A stretch of 48,411 nt of DNA from Candidatus Methylomirabilis sp. (GCA_012974305.1 JAAXQN010000022.1:1-48411), one strand, 5' to 3'. Counted from the first letter of the stretch, positions 9,277 to 18,045 are shown. The notes: generated from the sequence alone by a model not told the origin. Numbers and translations are program-made.

Positions 9277-10178
9277 TCGTCGGATCGGCCAACGTGGACT
9301 TTACCGTCCAGGTGGATCGAGCGCCCAAGCCGGGGGAAACGATCTTTGGCCGGAACCTCTTGATATCCTTTGGAGGTAAAGGGGCGAATCAGGCTGTGGC
9401 TGCTCGTCGGGCTGGGGCTGTGGTGGCCTTTGTCGGCAAGGTGGGGCAGGACCAGCATGGCGAGCAGATCCGTACACATCTCGAGACGGTAGGAATCGGG
9501 GAAGCCGGACTCATCTCGGATGCCAGTTGCGCCACCGGTGTGGCCTTTATCCTGGTCGAGCCGGACGGCCGGAATCAGATTGTGGTGGCCTCCGGGTGCA
9601 ACTATCGCCTGACGCCAGCAGAGATTGAAGCCCGCGATCACCTGCTGACCGGAGAGATTCTTCTCCTGCAGCTGGAGACCCCTGTCGAAACGGTCTTCTC
9701 GGCCCTCCGACGAGCAAAGGAAAAAGGAATGCGAACCATCCTGAACCCTGCTCCCGCCACCCATCTCCCACAAGAGGTTTTCCCCTTGGTGGACCTTTTG
9801 ACCCCCAATGAAACGGAGGCCTCCACCCTGACCGGTATCGCTGTGGAGGATCGAAGCGGGGCAGAGGAAGCGGGCGCAAAACTTCTCGCGATGGGCTGTG
9901 GGGGAGTGATCATCACGCTGGGGGCAGACGGCGCCTTGTGGATGAGTAAAGACGGGGCGCAACACTTTCCCGGCTTTTCCGTCCAACCGGTTGATTCCAC
10001 AGCCGCCGGCGACGCCTTTAACGGAGCGCTTGCGGCTGCGTTGGCCGAGGGCAGTGTGCTGGAAGAGGCAATCCCTTTTGCGAACGCCGCTGGCGCAGTG
10101 GCCACAACTCGCCGAGGGGCCCAAGAGTCGCTTCCCGACCGGGCGGCAATTTTGGCCCTCGTTTCGTCCGTGAAGTGA
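9261..10178 (+). CDS. rbsK: Ribokinase (PfkB family)
   Basis: GSANVD, GGKGANQAVA, LLQLE, NPAPA, PNETEA, DSTAAGDAF; overlaps the nucleoside hydrolase stop. Confidence 0.92.
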   Translation: MPAVVVVGSANVDFTVQVDRAPKPGETIFGRNLLISFGGKGANQAVAARRAGAVVAFVGKVGQDQHGEQIRTHLETVGIGEAGLISDASCATGVAFILVEPDGRNQIVVASGCNYRLTPAEIEARDHLLTGEILLLQLETPVETVFSALRRAKEKGMRTILNPAPATHLPQEVFPLVDLLTPNETEASTLTGIAVEDRSGAEEAGAKLLAMGCGGVIITLGADGALWMSKDGAQHFPGFSVQPVDSTAAGDAFNGALAAALAEGSVLEEAIPFANAAGAVATTRRGAQESLPDRAAILALVSSVK

Positions 10179-10179
10179 G

Positions 10180-11082
10180 ATGGTCCAGGCCTTCGAGCGG
10201 TATCGAGAGATCATTCCCGACTTTCCTGCTTTTCTCAAAGCGTTGGAGATACGGCAGCCGACCCACCTTCGGATCAATTCGTTCCGGGTCAAGCGGGAAG
10301 AGTTTCAGCACGCCATGGCAGAGCGGGGCTACCGGCTCGCCTCGGTCGAAGGGATTCCAGACGCGTTCCGATGGGAGAGCACATCAGGCCCCGGGAGCAC
10401 CCTCGAGTACTTCCGAGGCTGCTACCATGTCCAGGGCCTCACATCAATGTTCCCAGCCCTAATTCTTGATCCGCAGCCGGGGGACCGGCTGCTCGACATG
10501 TGCGCGGCGCCCGGGGGAAAGGCAACCCATCTCGCCCAGCTGACGCAGAACCGGGCCCTGATCGTCGCCAACGACGTGACCCATCACCGGATTGGTATTC
10601 TCCGCTCGCACAGCGACCGCCTCGGGATCACCAGTATTGTGGTGACCCGGTATCAGGGGCAAAGCTTTCCGATGCGGATGCAGTTCGACCGGATTCTGCT
10701 CGATCCGCCGTGCTCGGCGGAGGGGACGTATCGGACAGGCAAGCGGCCGCCGTTAACCGAAGACCCACAGGTCAGTTACCGCCTGCAGCGGCTCCAACAG
10801 ATGCTTCTGAACCGCGCCTTGGAGCTGCTCCGGCCCGGAGGAACGCTCGTCTATTCGACCTGTACCTATGCCCCGGAGGAGAATGAAGCGGTACTCCATC
10901 AGGTGGTAGAGGCAGGTCAGGCCGAGATCGTCCCGATCGATGTTCCGTTTCCTTATGCGCCGGGTCTCGAGGTATGGGATGGGCACGGGTTTCATCCCTC
11001 CCTCAAACAGGCCGCCCGGTTCTATCCGCACCTGCTCGATTCATGGGGGTTCTTCATTGCTTGTCTCCGTAAACCAGGCTGA
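10180..11082 (+). CDS. RsmB/RsmF/NOP2-family RNA m5C methyltransferase (catalytic domain only)
   Basis: LDMCAAPGGK, ANDV, FDRILLDPPCS, YSTCT..EENE. Confidence 0.92.
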   Translation: MVQAFERYREIIPDFPAFLKALEIRQPTHLRINSFRVKREEFQHAMAERGYRLASVEGIPDAFRWESTSGPGSTLEYFRGCYHVQGLTSMFPALILDPQPGDRLLDMCAAPGGKATHLAQLTQNRALIVANDVTHHRIGILRSHSDRLGITSIVVTRYQGQSFPMRMQFDRILLDPPCSAEGTYRTGKRPPLTEDPQVSYRLQRLQQMLLNRALELLRPGGTLVYSTCTYAPEENEAVLHQVVEAGQAEIVPIDVPFPYAPGLEVWDGHGFHPSLKQAARFYPHLLDSWGFFIACLRKPG

Positions 11083-11542
11083 GCGGGAACGGATTTTCGA
11101 ATACTGGGGTGGGCGATTTGGCGTGCCCTCGCCCGCGTTGGCCGAGCTGCGGTTTCTGGTCCGTGGGAGGAATGTATGGGCAGTGGCGGACCTTGACGGT
11201 CTGGACGGCGCCCTTGCCTCTTTCAAAGTCGAGGCGGCTGGGTTGCCCTTTCTCCGAAGGCAGAAACATATGTGGAAGCCGACGACGTCCGCGCTGCTAT
11301 TCCTCGACGCCGCCGTCACCAAAAATGTCGTGGATCTAACCGAGGAGCAACTTCAGCCCTTTTTGCGGGGTGAGATGCTACCAGGACCTTTCGTAGTGGA
11401 CGGAGGCTATGTCGCGGTGCGCTGCGAAGAGAAAATGCTGGGGTGCGCCCTATATGGGAAGGCCGGACTCAAGTCCCAGCTGCCACGAGCCTGGGTGGCA
11501 GTGCTGCTGGGCGGCAAGGCCGAGATGGCAGAGGAGCAGTGA
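11057..11542 (+). CDS. Stand-alone RsmF C-terminal/NIP7-PUA-like RNA-binding protein
   Basis: TTG start after GGGGGT, overlapping the methyltransferase; AGLPFLR..KPTTSAL..KNVVDL..FLRGE..GYVAV..LGCA..LKSQLP pattern. Confidence 0.65.
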   Translation: MLVSVNQAERERIFEYWGGRFGVPSPALAELRFLVRGRNVWAVADLDGLDGALASFKVEAAGLPFLRRQKHMWKPTTSALLFLDAAVTKNVVDLTEEQLQPFLRGEMLPGPFVVDGGYVAVRCEEKMLGCALYGKAGLKSQLPRAWVAVLLGGKAEMAEEQ

Positions 11543-11736
11543 TGGAGCAGAGGCCCGAGCGTGACTTCAGCCAGTGTCCCAAATGCGGGGGGACCGAGGT
11601 GGAACGGACAGAGGTGACCCGGGGCTATTATTCGGCGCATGCCAAGTTCGACCCCGAGGTCCTCATTCGCTTTACCGACATTTGTGCCAGCTGCGGGACC
11701 GTGATCTACGAGCACGTCGAGGAAGCCGACGCGTAG
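11542..11736 (+). CDS. Small Zn-ribbon protein (CPKC..CASC)
   Basis: RBS GAGGAG; start overlaps upstream TGA; two CxxC pairs in 64 aa. Confidence 0.65.
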   Translation: MEQRPERDFSQCPKCGGTEVERTEVTRGYYSAHAKFDPEVLIRFTDICASCGTVIYEHVEEADA

Positions 11737-11754
11737 TTCTTCCTGCCAGGGTGC

Positions 11755-11819
11755 ATAGGGGATTTGCCTAGGCAGAATATAGGACTTTCCCCTAGCCAAA
11801 GCATAGAGCTTTCTCCGAT
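11755..11819. promoter_or_regulatory. Three 17-bp semi-palindromic boxes at 24-bp period (putative NarL/LuxR-type sites)
   Basis: ATAGGGGATTTGCCTAG (11755), ATAGGACTTTCCCCTAG (11779), ATAGAGCTTTCTCCGAT (11803), upstream of the MscS gene. Confidence 0.45.
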
Positions 11820-11980
11820 ACAAAAAACGGGTCCGCCCCTGATTTTCAAGAGGCAGCTTTCTCGGTACGGTTATCACACGAAAAAGCATCCTCGGGGTTT
11901 CTTGATTTGTCATCCTTTTTTCGAACGAGATGACGGCGTTGACTGTTTGTGGTTACCCCCAACGAAGGAGGCGAAAAGGT

Positions 11981-13843
11981 ATGAGTTCCATCACGCGGAG
12001 TAGAACCCTCATTACGGCTGTGTGTCGTTCAATGGCTATAGCTTCAGGTCTTGTGTTAACTGCGCTTGTGTTGGCAGGCAGCGCCGTAGCCCAGCAGGAG
12101 CCCACGCTGAAGGAGGTCATCGGGGGAAAAGAGAAGCAAGAACAGGTCACTGAAAAGCCAGAGCAGAAACCGGAGCAGAAGGCAGCGCAGCAGAAAGCAC
12201 CACAGCCTGTGGGTCCCGCCGACGACTTCAACAGGGGCATTCCCCGCAGCAGTGTTGCGGGATTCATGGCGGCGACGCGCGATCGGGACTACGAAACCGC
12301 CGCACAGTATCTGGATCTCCGGAGATTGCCGAGAGGGCTGCACAAGAGCGACGGGCCGGCGCTGGCGCGTGAACTCAAAATCACCTTTGATCGAACCATC
12401 TGGATCGACCTCGACGCCCTGAGTAATGACCCTAAGGGACATGCCGACGATAATCTTCCCCCCTACCGCGATTGGGTAGGACGTATCAAGACAGAGAAGA
12501 AGACCTACGATATTCTGCTGCAGCGGGTTCGCCGTGAGGACGGGGTACGCATCTGGAAGTTTTCCTCGGCAACGGTCGCCCAAATACCTCGACTGTATGA
12601 CCAGGTCGGGTACGGAGTCGTTGGCACCATCGTGCCACAGGTATTGCTCGACTTCGAGATCTTCGGGCTCAAGGCCTGGTGGTGGGTTGCCCTGTTGGTC
12701 GTGGGCGTTCTGGCGTATCTCGCCGCACTGACCATCACGAAGGTCGTCGTCCTTTTCCTCCGTGGCAGGATGCCCAAACTGATCACTCCTCTCGAACGCA
12801 TCTTCACGGGCCCCGGCCGCCTTCTGCTGTTTATCCTTATTGTGAGGACTGCCACCAACCTTCTCGGGCCGACGCCGGTGGTTCGCGCAATAATGTCGGC
12901 ACAGACGATCCCAATCATCGCGGTTGCATGGGGCGTCATGCGCTTTCTCGATCTCTTCAACGTCGGCCTGGCCGAACGGCTACGGCGAAGGGAGCGGGGC
13001 GATCTCATTGTCCTGCTACATCCGCTGGGCAACGGCGTCAAGGCCGGGGTCATTCTCATCGCCGTCATCGTGTGGTTCAACAATGTCGGCTTCAACATAA
13101 CGACACTGATGGCAGGGCTCGGCATCGGCGGCCTCGCGGTGGCCTTGGCTGCGCAGAAGCCGCTCGAGAACCTGATCGGCGGCATCACGCTGTACACGTC
13201 CCGGCCGATACGCGTGGGAGACTTCTGTCGGTTTGGCGACAAAATCGGGACGGTCGAAGAGGTCGGGCTTCGCGCGACCAAGGTACGGACGCTCGACCGC
13301 ACTCTCGTCAACATCCCCAACGGCGAGTTCGTGAACCTCCATCTCGACAACTTCTCGAAACGTGAAAAAGTTTGGTACCATCCCCGGATCAGGCTGCGGT
13401 ACGAGACGACTCCCGATCAAGTCCGGTACATTCTGGTCGAGATCCGCAAGGTGCTCTACGCCCATCCCAAGGTCCTTGCCGACCCGGCCCGCATACGCTT
13501 TGCGGGGTTCGGAGAATACTCGCTTGACCTGGATATTTTTGCCTACGTTGACGTGACCGACTACGGCCAGTACCTGGAGATCGCCGAGGATCTCAACCTG
13601 CGGATCATGGAGATTATGGCCAAGGCGGGTTCAAGCTTTGCCGTCCCTGCGCAGCGGATGTACGTGGAGCGAGGCAAGGGACTCGATGAGAAGCTGGCCA
13701 AAGCGGCCGAGGCACACGTCAAGGAGTGGAGAGAGCAGAGGGCACTGTACCTTCCGAGCTTCCCGGAGGAGGCGATCGGGCAGCTCGCGGGCTCTTTGGA
13801 TTATCCGCCTACAGGCTCTCCTACTGCGGAAGCCCGTACCTGA
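11981..13843 (+). CDS. MscS-family mechanosensitive channel with large periplasmic N-terminal domain
   Basis: Signal/TM helix; AGLGIGGLAVALAAQ, PIRVGD, GTVEEVGLRATKVRT, IPN motifs. Confidence 0.92.
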   Translation: MSSITRSRTLITAVCRSMAIASGLVLTALVLAGSAVAQQEPTLKEVIGGKEKQEQVTEKPEQKPEQKAAQQKAPQPVGPADDFNRGIPRSSVAGFMAATRDRDYETAAQYLDLRRLPRGLHKSDGPALARELKITFDRTIWIDLDALSNDPKGHADDNLPPYRDWVGRIKTEKKTYDILLQRVRREDGVRIWKFSSATVAQIPRLYDQVGYGVVGTIVPQVLLDFEIFGLKAWWWVALLVVGVLAYLAALTITKVVVLFLRGRMPKLITPLERIFTGPGRLLLFILIVRTATNLLGPTPVVRAIMSAQTIPIIAVAWGVMRFLDLFNVGLAERLRRRERGDLIVLLHPLGNGVKAGVILIAVIVWFNNVGFNITTLMAGLGIGGLAVALAAQKPLENLIGGITLYTSRPIRVGDFCRFGDKIGTVEEVGLRATKVRTLDRTLVNIPNGEFVNLHLDNFSKREKVWYHPRIRLRYETTPDQVRYILVEIRKVLYAHPKVLADPARIRFAGFGEYSLDLDIFAYVDVTDYGQYLEIAEDLNLRIMEIMAKAGSSFAVPAQRMYVERGKGLDEKLAKAAEAHVKEWREQRALYLPSFPEEAIGQLAGSLDYPPTGSPTAEART

Positions 13844-13930
13844 GAAGGCGTGGGGCGAGCGGGAATCTTTGGTGGCGAACGGAAAGAAGTCCAGAGGAGG
13901 AGTGATGCGATTAGGCTTTGGGGCAGAAAC

Positions 13931-15013
13931 ATGAATAGGTTGAGAATTATCACGGCGGTGTTCGTGTGCTTAGGATTACTTCTGGCCAGCGCGGTACGTG
14001 CAGAAACTCCGGTCCCTGTAGACAGAACGCTGATCGTGGGCACGAAAGAGGCACCGCCGTTTGCGATGAAAAATGCCGATGGTACATGGACAGGTATCAG
14101 TATCGAGCTGTGGCAAGCAATCGCCAAAGACCTGCAGCTCAGGTACGAATTGCGTGAATTCGACCTGCAGGGCTTGCTCAGTGGCGTCGAGGATGGCTCG
14201 CTTGACGCGGCGGTGGCGGCGGTGACGATTACAGCGAAACGCGAGAAAGTGATGGATTTCACCCATCCCTTCTATACCACAGGACTTGGCATCGCCATAT
14301 CCAGACGGGCGGGGGGCACCTGGTTTAGTGTAGTGCAGCATATCCTCTCAGGACGGTTTTTAGGAATGGTTGCGATGCTGGTGTTCATGTTGTTTGTCGT
14401 TGGCGTGCTGGTGTGGCTGAGTGAGCGGGAAAAGAACCCCCAGCAGTTTGGCGGCGGCCTCAAAGGGATCTGGTCGGGTTTCTGGTGGGCGGCAGTGACC
14501 ATGACCACCGTCGGGTACGGGGATAAAGCCCCTATGACGGTTGCCGGGCGTATACTGGCTCTCGTCTGGATGTTCACCGCGCTGGTCATCCTGGCAGGCT
14601 TCGTTGCGGCCTTTACCAGTGCACTTACTGTGAGTGAACTGGAGCTGTCCTTGCTTGGCCCCGAAGATCTTGTGAATGCCCGTGTCGGGACCCTGGCCGA
14701 GTCCTCGAGTGCCACCTATCTGAAAGAGAACCGCATCCTCCATCTTCTTTACCCAACGCTCCGCGAGGGGCTCCAGGCCGTCGCCACAGGGGAAATTGAT
14801 GCGGTGGTGTATGACATGCCGCTCCTCCGGTATGTTATCACCACCGAACTCCCAGGTGTGCTCGAGGTGCTCCCTCACATCCTCGAGCCCCAGGAGTATA
14901 GCATTGCCCTCGCGGACGGCAGCCCTCTCCGAGAACCAATCAACCAAGTCCTTCTGGAAAAGACGCACCAGCGGGCTTGGAAAGACCTGCTCTTTCGTTA
15001 CTTGGGCAATTAG
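13931..15013 (+). CDS. Solute-binding-protein family 3 / K+ channel pore fusion (GluR0-like ligand-gated channel)
   Basis: Signal peptide; APPFAM..GISIEL..ITAKRE..DFT S1 segment; FWWAAVTMTTVGYGD selectivity filter; S2 segment after TM2. Confidence 0.88.
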   Translation: MNRLRIITAVFVCLGLLLASAVRAETPVPVDRTLIVGTKEAPPFAMKNADGTWTGISIELWQAIAKDLQLRYELREFDLQGLLSGVEDGSLDAAVAAVTITAKREKVMDFTHPFYTTGLGIAISRRAGGTWFSVVQHILSGRFLGMVAMLVFMLFVVGVLVWLSEREKNPQQFGGGLKGIWSGFWWAAVTMTTVGYGDKAPMTVAGRILALVWMFTALVILAGFVAAFTSALTVSELELSLLGPEDLVNARVGTLAESSSATYLKENRILHLLYPTLREGLQAVATGEIDAVVYDMPLLRYVITTELPGVLEVLPHILEPQEYSIALADGSPLREPINQVLLEKTHQRAWKDLLFRYLGN

Positions 15014-15020
15014 GAGCACA

Positions 15021-15063
15021 GCCGCCCAAGAGGATTCGAACCTCTGACCTACGGATTCGTAGT
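15021..15063 (-). pseudogene. 3' half of tRNA-Arg(ACG); att-site-like fragment
   Basis: Minus strand: CTACGAA anticodon loop, TCCGT, AGGTC variable loop, AGAGG-TTCGAAT-CCTCT T-arm, TGGGCGG acceptor 3' strand. No D-arm or 5' acceptor strand upstream. Confidence 0.8.
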
Positions 15064-15123
15064 TCGCGGCGCGACACAATAGATTTAAGAGGAAGGGGCA
15101 TTTCGGATTTGAATGGTAGGTGA

Positions 15124-15960
15124 CTAATAGGGTAGCCCCGCGGGATTCCCGCGGCCCGAGTTCACGCTTCCGGGGCCTGAGTTCTGGCTCCCAGGGCCCG
15201 AATTCTGGCTCCCGGAGCTCGAGTCCTTGTGCGGGTAAAACTTGTCTCCCAGAAGAGAATCGTAGCGGCTTGCCCGCCTCCCTATGGCGAAGGTGATCGT
15301 CCTCGTCTGATCAGTGTAAAAGTGGCGGGGCCGTGCACCGATCGGATCAGCGTAACCCTGCCACCCGAGATCGCCACCAATAAATGTTCCCCCGCTTGGT
15401 GAAGGTGAGGCGGCCGGTTGTCCCTGATCCCCTTCCTGATTGGCATCGTCTCCTGTGTTCTTATCTTTATCTTTGTCCTTGTCTTTATCTTTGTTTTTCT
15501 TTTTGCCCTTGTCCTTATCGTCGTCCTTATCATCAGCCCAAGCATGCTTGACCAGGCCTAATCTGTCCCACCAAGTTTCCTCCAGGCGATCAGCGTCAAA
15601 GGCAAGCATGGTCCGACCTTGTGGCGGGGCTTGTGCCGTCAGGTCGGTGATCTCGAAGGTGTATCCGATTTTTGCAGAGTTCGAGGGAATCAGGTAGCCC
15701 CCAGCGTACAACTCGTCCAGCGAGCTCGCGTAACGGCGATTGTCCAGATAGAAAAGGCCCTGGGCCGTCGGCCACTGGGTCATGACGGCCACTGCGGCTG
15801 TCTCCTGTGCACTCATGATCATCGTTGTGTAATACGGCACCCCGATCGCCACGATCACTGCCAAAACAGCGATAGCGATCAGGAGTTCGATGAGCGTGAA
15901 TCCGGAAAAAGAGCGCCAGATCGACCTCAGCGCCTTTGGCCGGCCAGGAGGGGTCGCCAC
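15124..15960 (-). CDS. Type IV pilin/pseudopilin-like protein with low-complexity insertions (start GTG 15960; ATG 16029 alternative)
   Basis: Class III signal G|FTLIELLIAIAVLAVIVAIGVP; ETAAV..AQ..Y..SLDEL; KD-rich insert; C-terminal SGPGSQN-type repeats. Confidence 0.8.
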   Translation of the reverse strand: MATPPGRPKALRSIWRSFSGFTLIELLIAIAVLAVIVAIGVPYYTTMIMSAQETAAVAVMTQWPTAQGLFYLDNRRYASSLDELYAGGYLIPSNSAKIGYTFEITDLTAQAPPQGRTMLAFDADRLEETWWDRLGLVKHAWADDKDDDKDKGKKKNKDKDKDKDKDKNTGDDANQEGDQGQPAASPSPSGGTFIGGDLGWQGYADPIGARPRHFYTDQTRTITFAIGRRASRYDSLLGDKFYPHKDSSSGSQNSGPGSQNSGPGSVNSGRGNPAGLPY

Positions 15961-15967
15961 ACCCTTC

Positions 15968-16618
15968 TCAGTGTATGGGGGTGACGAGACCCTCACCACT
16001 TCCGATGAGAGCTTCCGCAGCGGGTCCATGTGACGAGCTTCCTTTCTGATACCCGATAGTAAGATGCTCCTCCGCCTCCTCGAGACCGCGGAGGGCTTCC
16101 TTCAGCCGGTTTCGAACTTCCTCTGGGATAGATTCCTCCTGGGCCTTTTTCAACGTTTCCTGGGCCTGCCGAAGCAGCGAAAGCGATTCGGAACTGCGCT
16201 GATCCAACTGCTCTCCCAGGGCATTCACCGCCCCTGCGAACTCTTGCCAGCGATCTGTCCGCCGAAGCCTGATCCGCTGGGAATATTCCCCCGCGGCAAT
16301 TGCTCTGATGACCTGATCTATTCGGTATATGGGACCGGCGATGCGGTGTGACGTAAAGATCGTGTGGAAGCCAACGAGGATTCCCACCAGCGCGATCCCC
16401 GGCCACACCCGGAAATGAAGCTCCAGAATCTGGTCGGCGACCCAGGCCTGTTTGTCAAACGGGACCGCCCCCGTCAGCTCCTGTTGCATTGGGAAGAAAA
16501 TGAGGAAGCCCAGAGCCGCGGAATAGAGGAGGACAAAAAACGAGACCCGCAAAGCCAGTCCGATCTGAAACCGGGGCATGACCAAAAACCGCCTGCGCCG
16601 AAAAGATGGGTACGTCAT
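15968..16618 (-). CDS. Two-TM HAMP-domain membrane protein without output domain
   Basis: RBS GGAGGAAAGG before ATG 16618; RRRRFLV..FQ, two TMs, SHRIAGPIYR..IAAGEY..IRLRRTD..AVN HAMP. Confidence 0.8.
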   Translation of the reverse strand: MTYPSFRRRRFLVMPRFQIGLALRVSFFVLLYSAALGFLIFFPMQQELTGAVPFDKQAWVADQILELHFRVWPGIALVGILVGFHTIFTSHRIAGPIYRIDQVIRAIAAGEYSQRIRLRRTDRWQEFAGAVNALGEQLDQRSSESLSLLRQAQETLKKAQEESIPEEVRNRLKEALRGLEEAEEHLTIGYQKGSSSHGPAAEALIGSGEGLVTPIH

Positions 16619-16736
16619 GACCTTTCCTCCCCACGGGGTTTTAGATCCCGCATGCTTTAAATCCAGGCAATTAGGCCATTTATGTCTGTGTAGCCCCGAC
16701 CACTTATCGCAGGTAACCGTGAATTGGGAGTATTCT

Positions 16737-16752
16737 AGCAAGGGGCGTGCCA
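16737..16752 (-). promoter_or_regulatory. Sigma-54 (-24/-12) promoter for the HAMP-pilin operon
   Basis: TGGCACG-CCCC-TTGCT on the minus strand, exact match to TGGCACG-N4-TTGCW. Confidence 0.75.
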
Positions 16753-16924
16753 CGGACTATTTTGGCGGAACCTATTGAAATCAAAGAGATCCTAGGGAGA
16801 TCTATTGTACGATTTTTGAGAGGGTACCGGGAAGGTGGTGGGCGAGACAGACCGCCGCGAACCGACTCCACAATATGCAATCAGACGCGGACAGCTGACC
16901 GCTCATAGCCAACAGCTGTTCTTA

Positions 16925-16974
16925 ACGGTCATCGGTCGTCGGACTTCGGCGAGCTTAGTCGAGCCGTCATCGGT
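16925..16974. repeat. Heptamer array (TCGGTCR)n interrupted by a 24-nt REP-like insert
   Basis: ACGGTCA TCGGTCG TCGG[ACTTCGGCGAGCTTAGTCGAGCCG]TCA TCGGT. Confidence 0.65.
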
Positions 16975-17943
16975 TTACGGGATGAGAAGGACCTTGCCGG
17001 TCGTCTTCCTCCCCTCGAGCTGGCGGTGGGCCTCGGCCGCTTCCGCCAAGGGGAATGTCGCGCCGATCCGAAGTTTCAGGGTGCCCTTGGAAATTCGATT
17101 CAGGATGTCGGTCGCGCGCTCGAGCAGCTCTTCGCGTGTCCGGGTGTAGTGGGCGAGCGTTGGGCGGGTGAGAAAGAGGGAACCTTTGGCGCTGAGCTGG
17201 TTCACGTCGAAGGGTGGGACGGGGCCGCTCGACTGACCATAGAGGACCAGGTAGCCCCGTGGTGCCAGACAGTTCAGACTCTTCTCAAAGGTATCCTTGG
17301 CGACCGAGTCGTATACCACCTGCAAACCCTGGCCGTTGGTGAGGCGCTTGATTTCGGCCTCGAAGTCCTGCTCGGTGTAACGGATCGCCACCTCGGCCCC
17401 TGCTTCGCGCGCAAGGCGAGCCTTTTCCTCGGTCGAAACCGTCCCGAAGACCCGCGCTCCCGCCTGTTTCGTCATCTGGCAGAGGAGCAGCCCCACGCCA
17501 CCCGCCGCTGCGTGGACCAGACAACTATCACCTTTTTTGAGGGGATACGTGGAGTGTATCAGGTAGTGTGCCGTCATTCCCTGGAGCATCGCGGCCGCGG
17601 CCGAACGGGTGTCCATATCGGGGGGGAGTGTTACAAGACGTTCTGAGGGGACGATTGCGTATTCCGCGTAGGAACCGGGAACGCCGGTGTAGGCGACACG
17701 ATCGCCTACTCGGACCTCTATGACATCTGGACCCACCGCCTCAACCACTCCGGCCCCCTCGACCCCCATGAGGCGGGGGAGGGGAGCGGGATAGAGACCG
17801 GTCCGCTGATACACGTCGATGAAGTTCAGGCCGATCGCCTCGATCTTCACCAGGGCCTGTCCCGGTCCCGGCTGAGGGGTGGGGAGGTCCTCGAGGGTGA
17901 GAACCTCCGACCCACCATACTTATGCACGCGAATCGCTTTCAT
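16975..17943 (-). CDS. qor: NADPH:quinone oxidoreductase (zeta-crystallin/MDR family)
   Basis: GLNFIDVYQRTGLY, GVEGAG, LQGMTAHYL, HAAAGGVG, KGSLFLTRP, RKTTGK. Confidence 0.9.
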   Translation of the reverse strand: MKAIRVHKYGGSEVLTLEDLPTPQPGPGQALVKIEAIGLNFIDVYQRTGLYPAPLPRLMGVEGAGVVEAVGPDVIEVRVGDRVAYTGVPGSYAEYAIVPSERLVTLPPDMDTRSAAAAMLQGMTAHYLIHSTYPLKKGDSCLVHAAAGGVGLLLCQMTKQAGARVFGTVSTEEKARLAREAGAEVAIRYTEQDFEAEIKRLTNGQGLQVVYDSVAKDTFEKSLNCLAPRGYLVLYGQSSGPVPPFDVNQLSAKGSLFLTRPTLAHYTRTREELLERATDILNRISKGTLKLRIGATFPLAEAAEAHRQLEGRKTTGKVLLIP

Positions 17944-18045
17944 GTTTGCTTTCTCCCATTCCTCAAGCTCTCACGCGTCCGCTCTGGGCAGAGAGATGTG
18001 GCCCGTATGCCCAAAGCGGACGGCGAGAGATGCATAAGAAACGAT

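Noticed and set aside
8766-10292. 508-aa minus-strand ORF and other long antisense ORFs (e.g. 26564-27484, 45493-46404)
   Set aside because: Shadows of well-supported genes in GC-rich DNA, with no domains.
15021-15100. Intact tRNA-Arg gene
   Set aside because: No D-arm or 5' acceptor strand, and the anticodon stem is mismatched; reported as a fragment.
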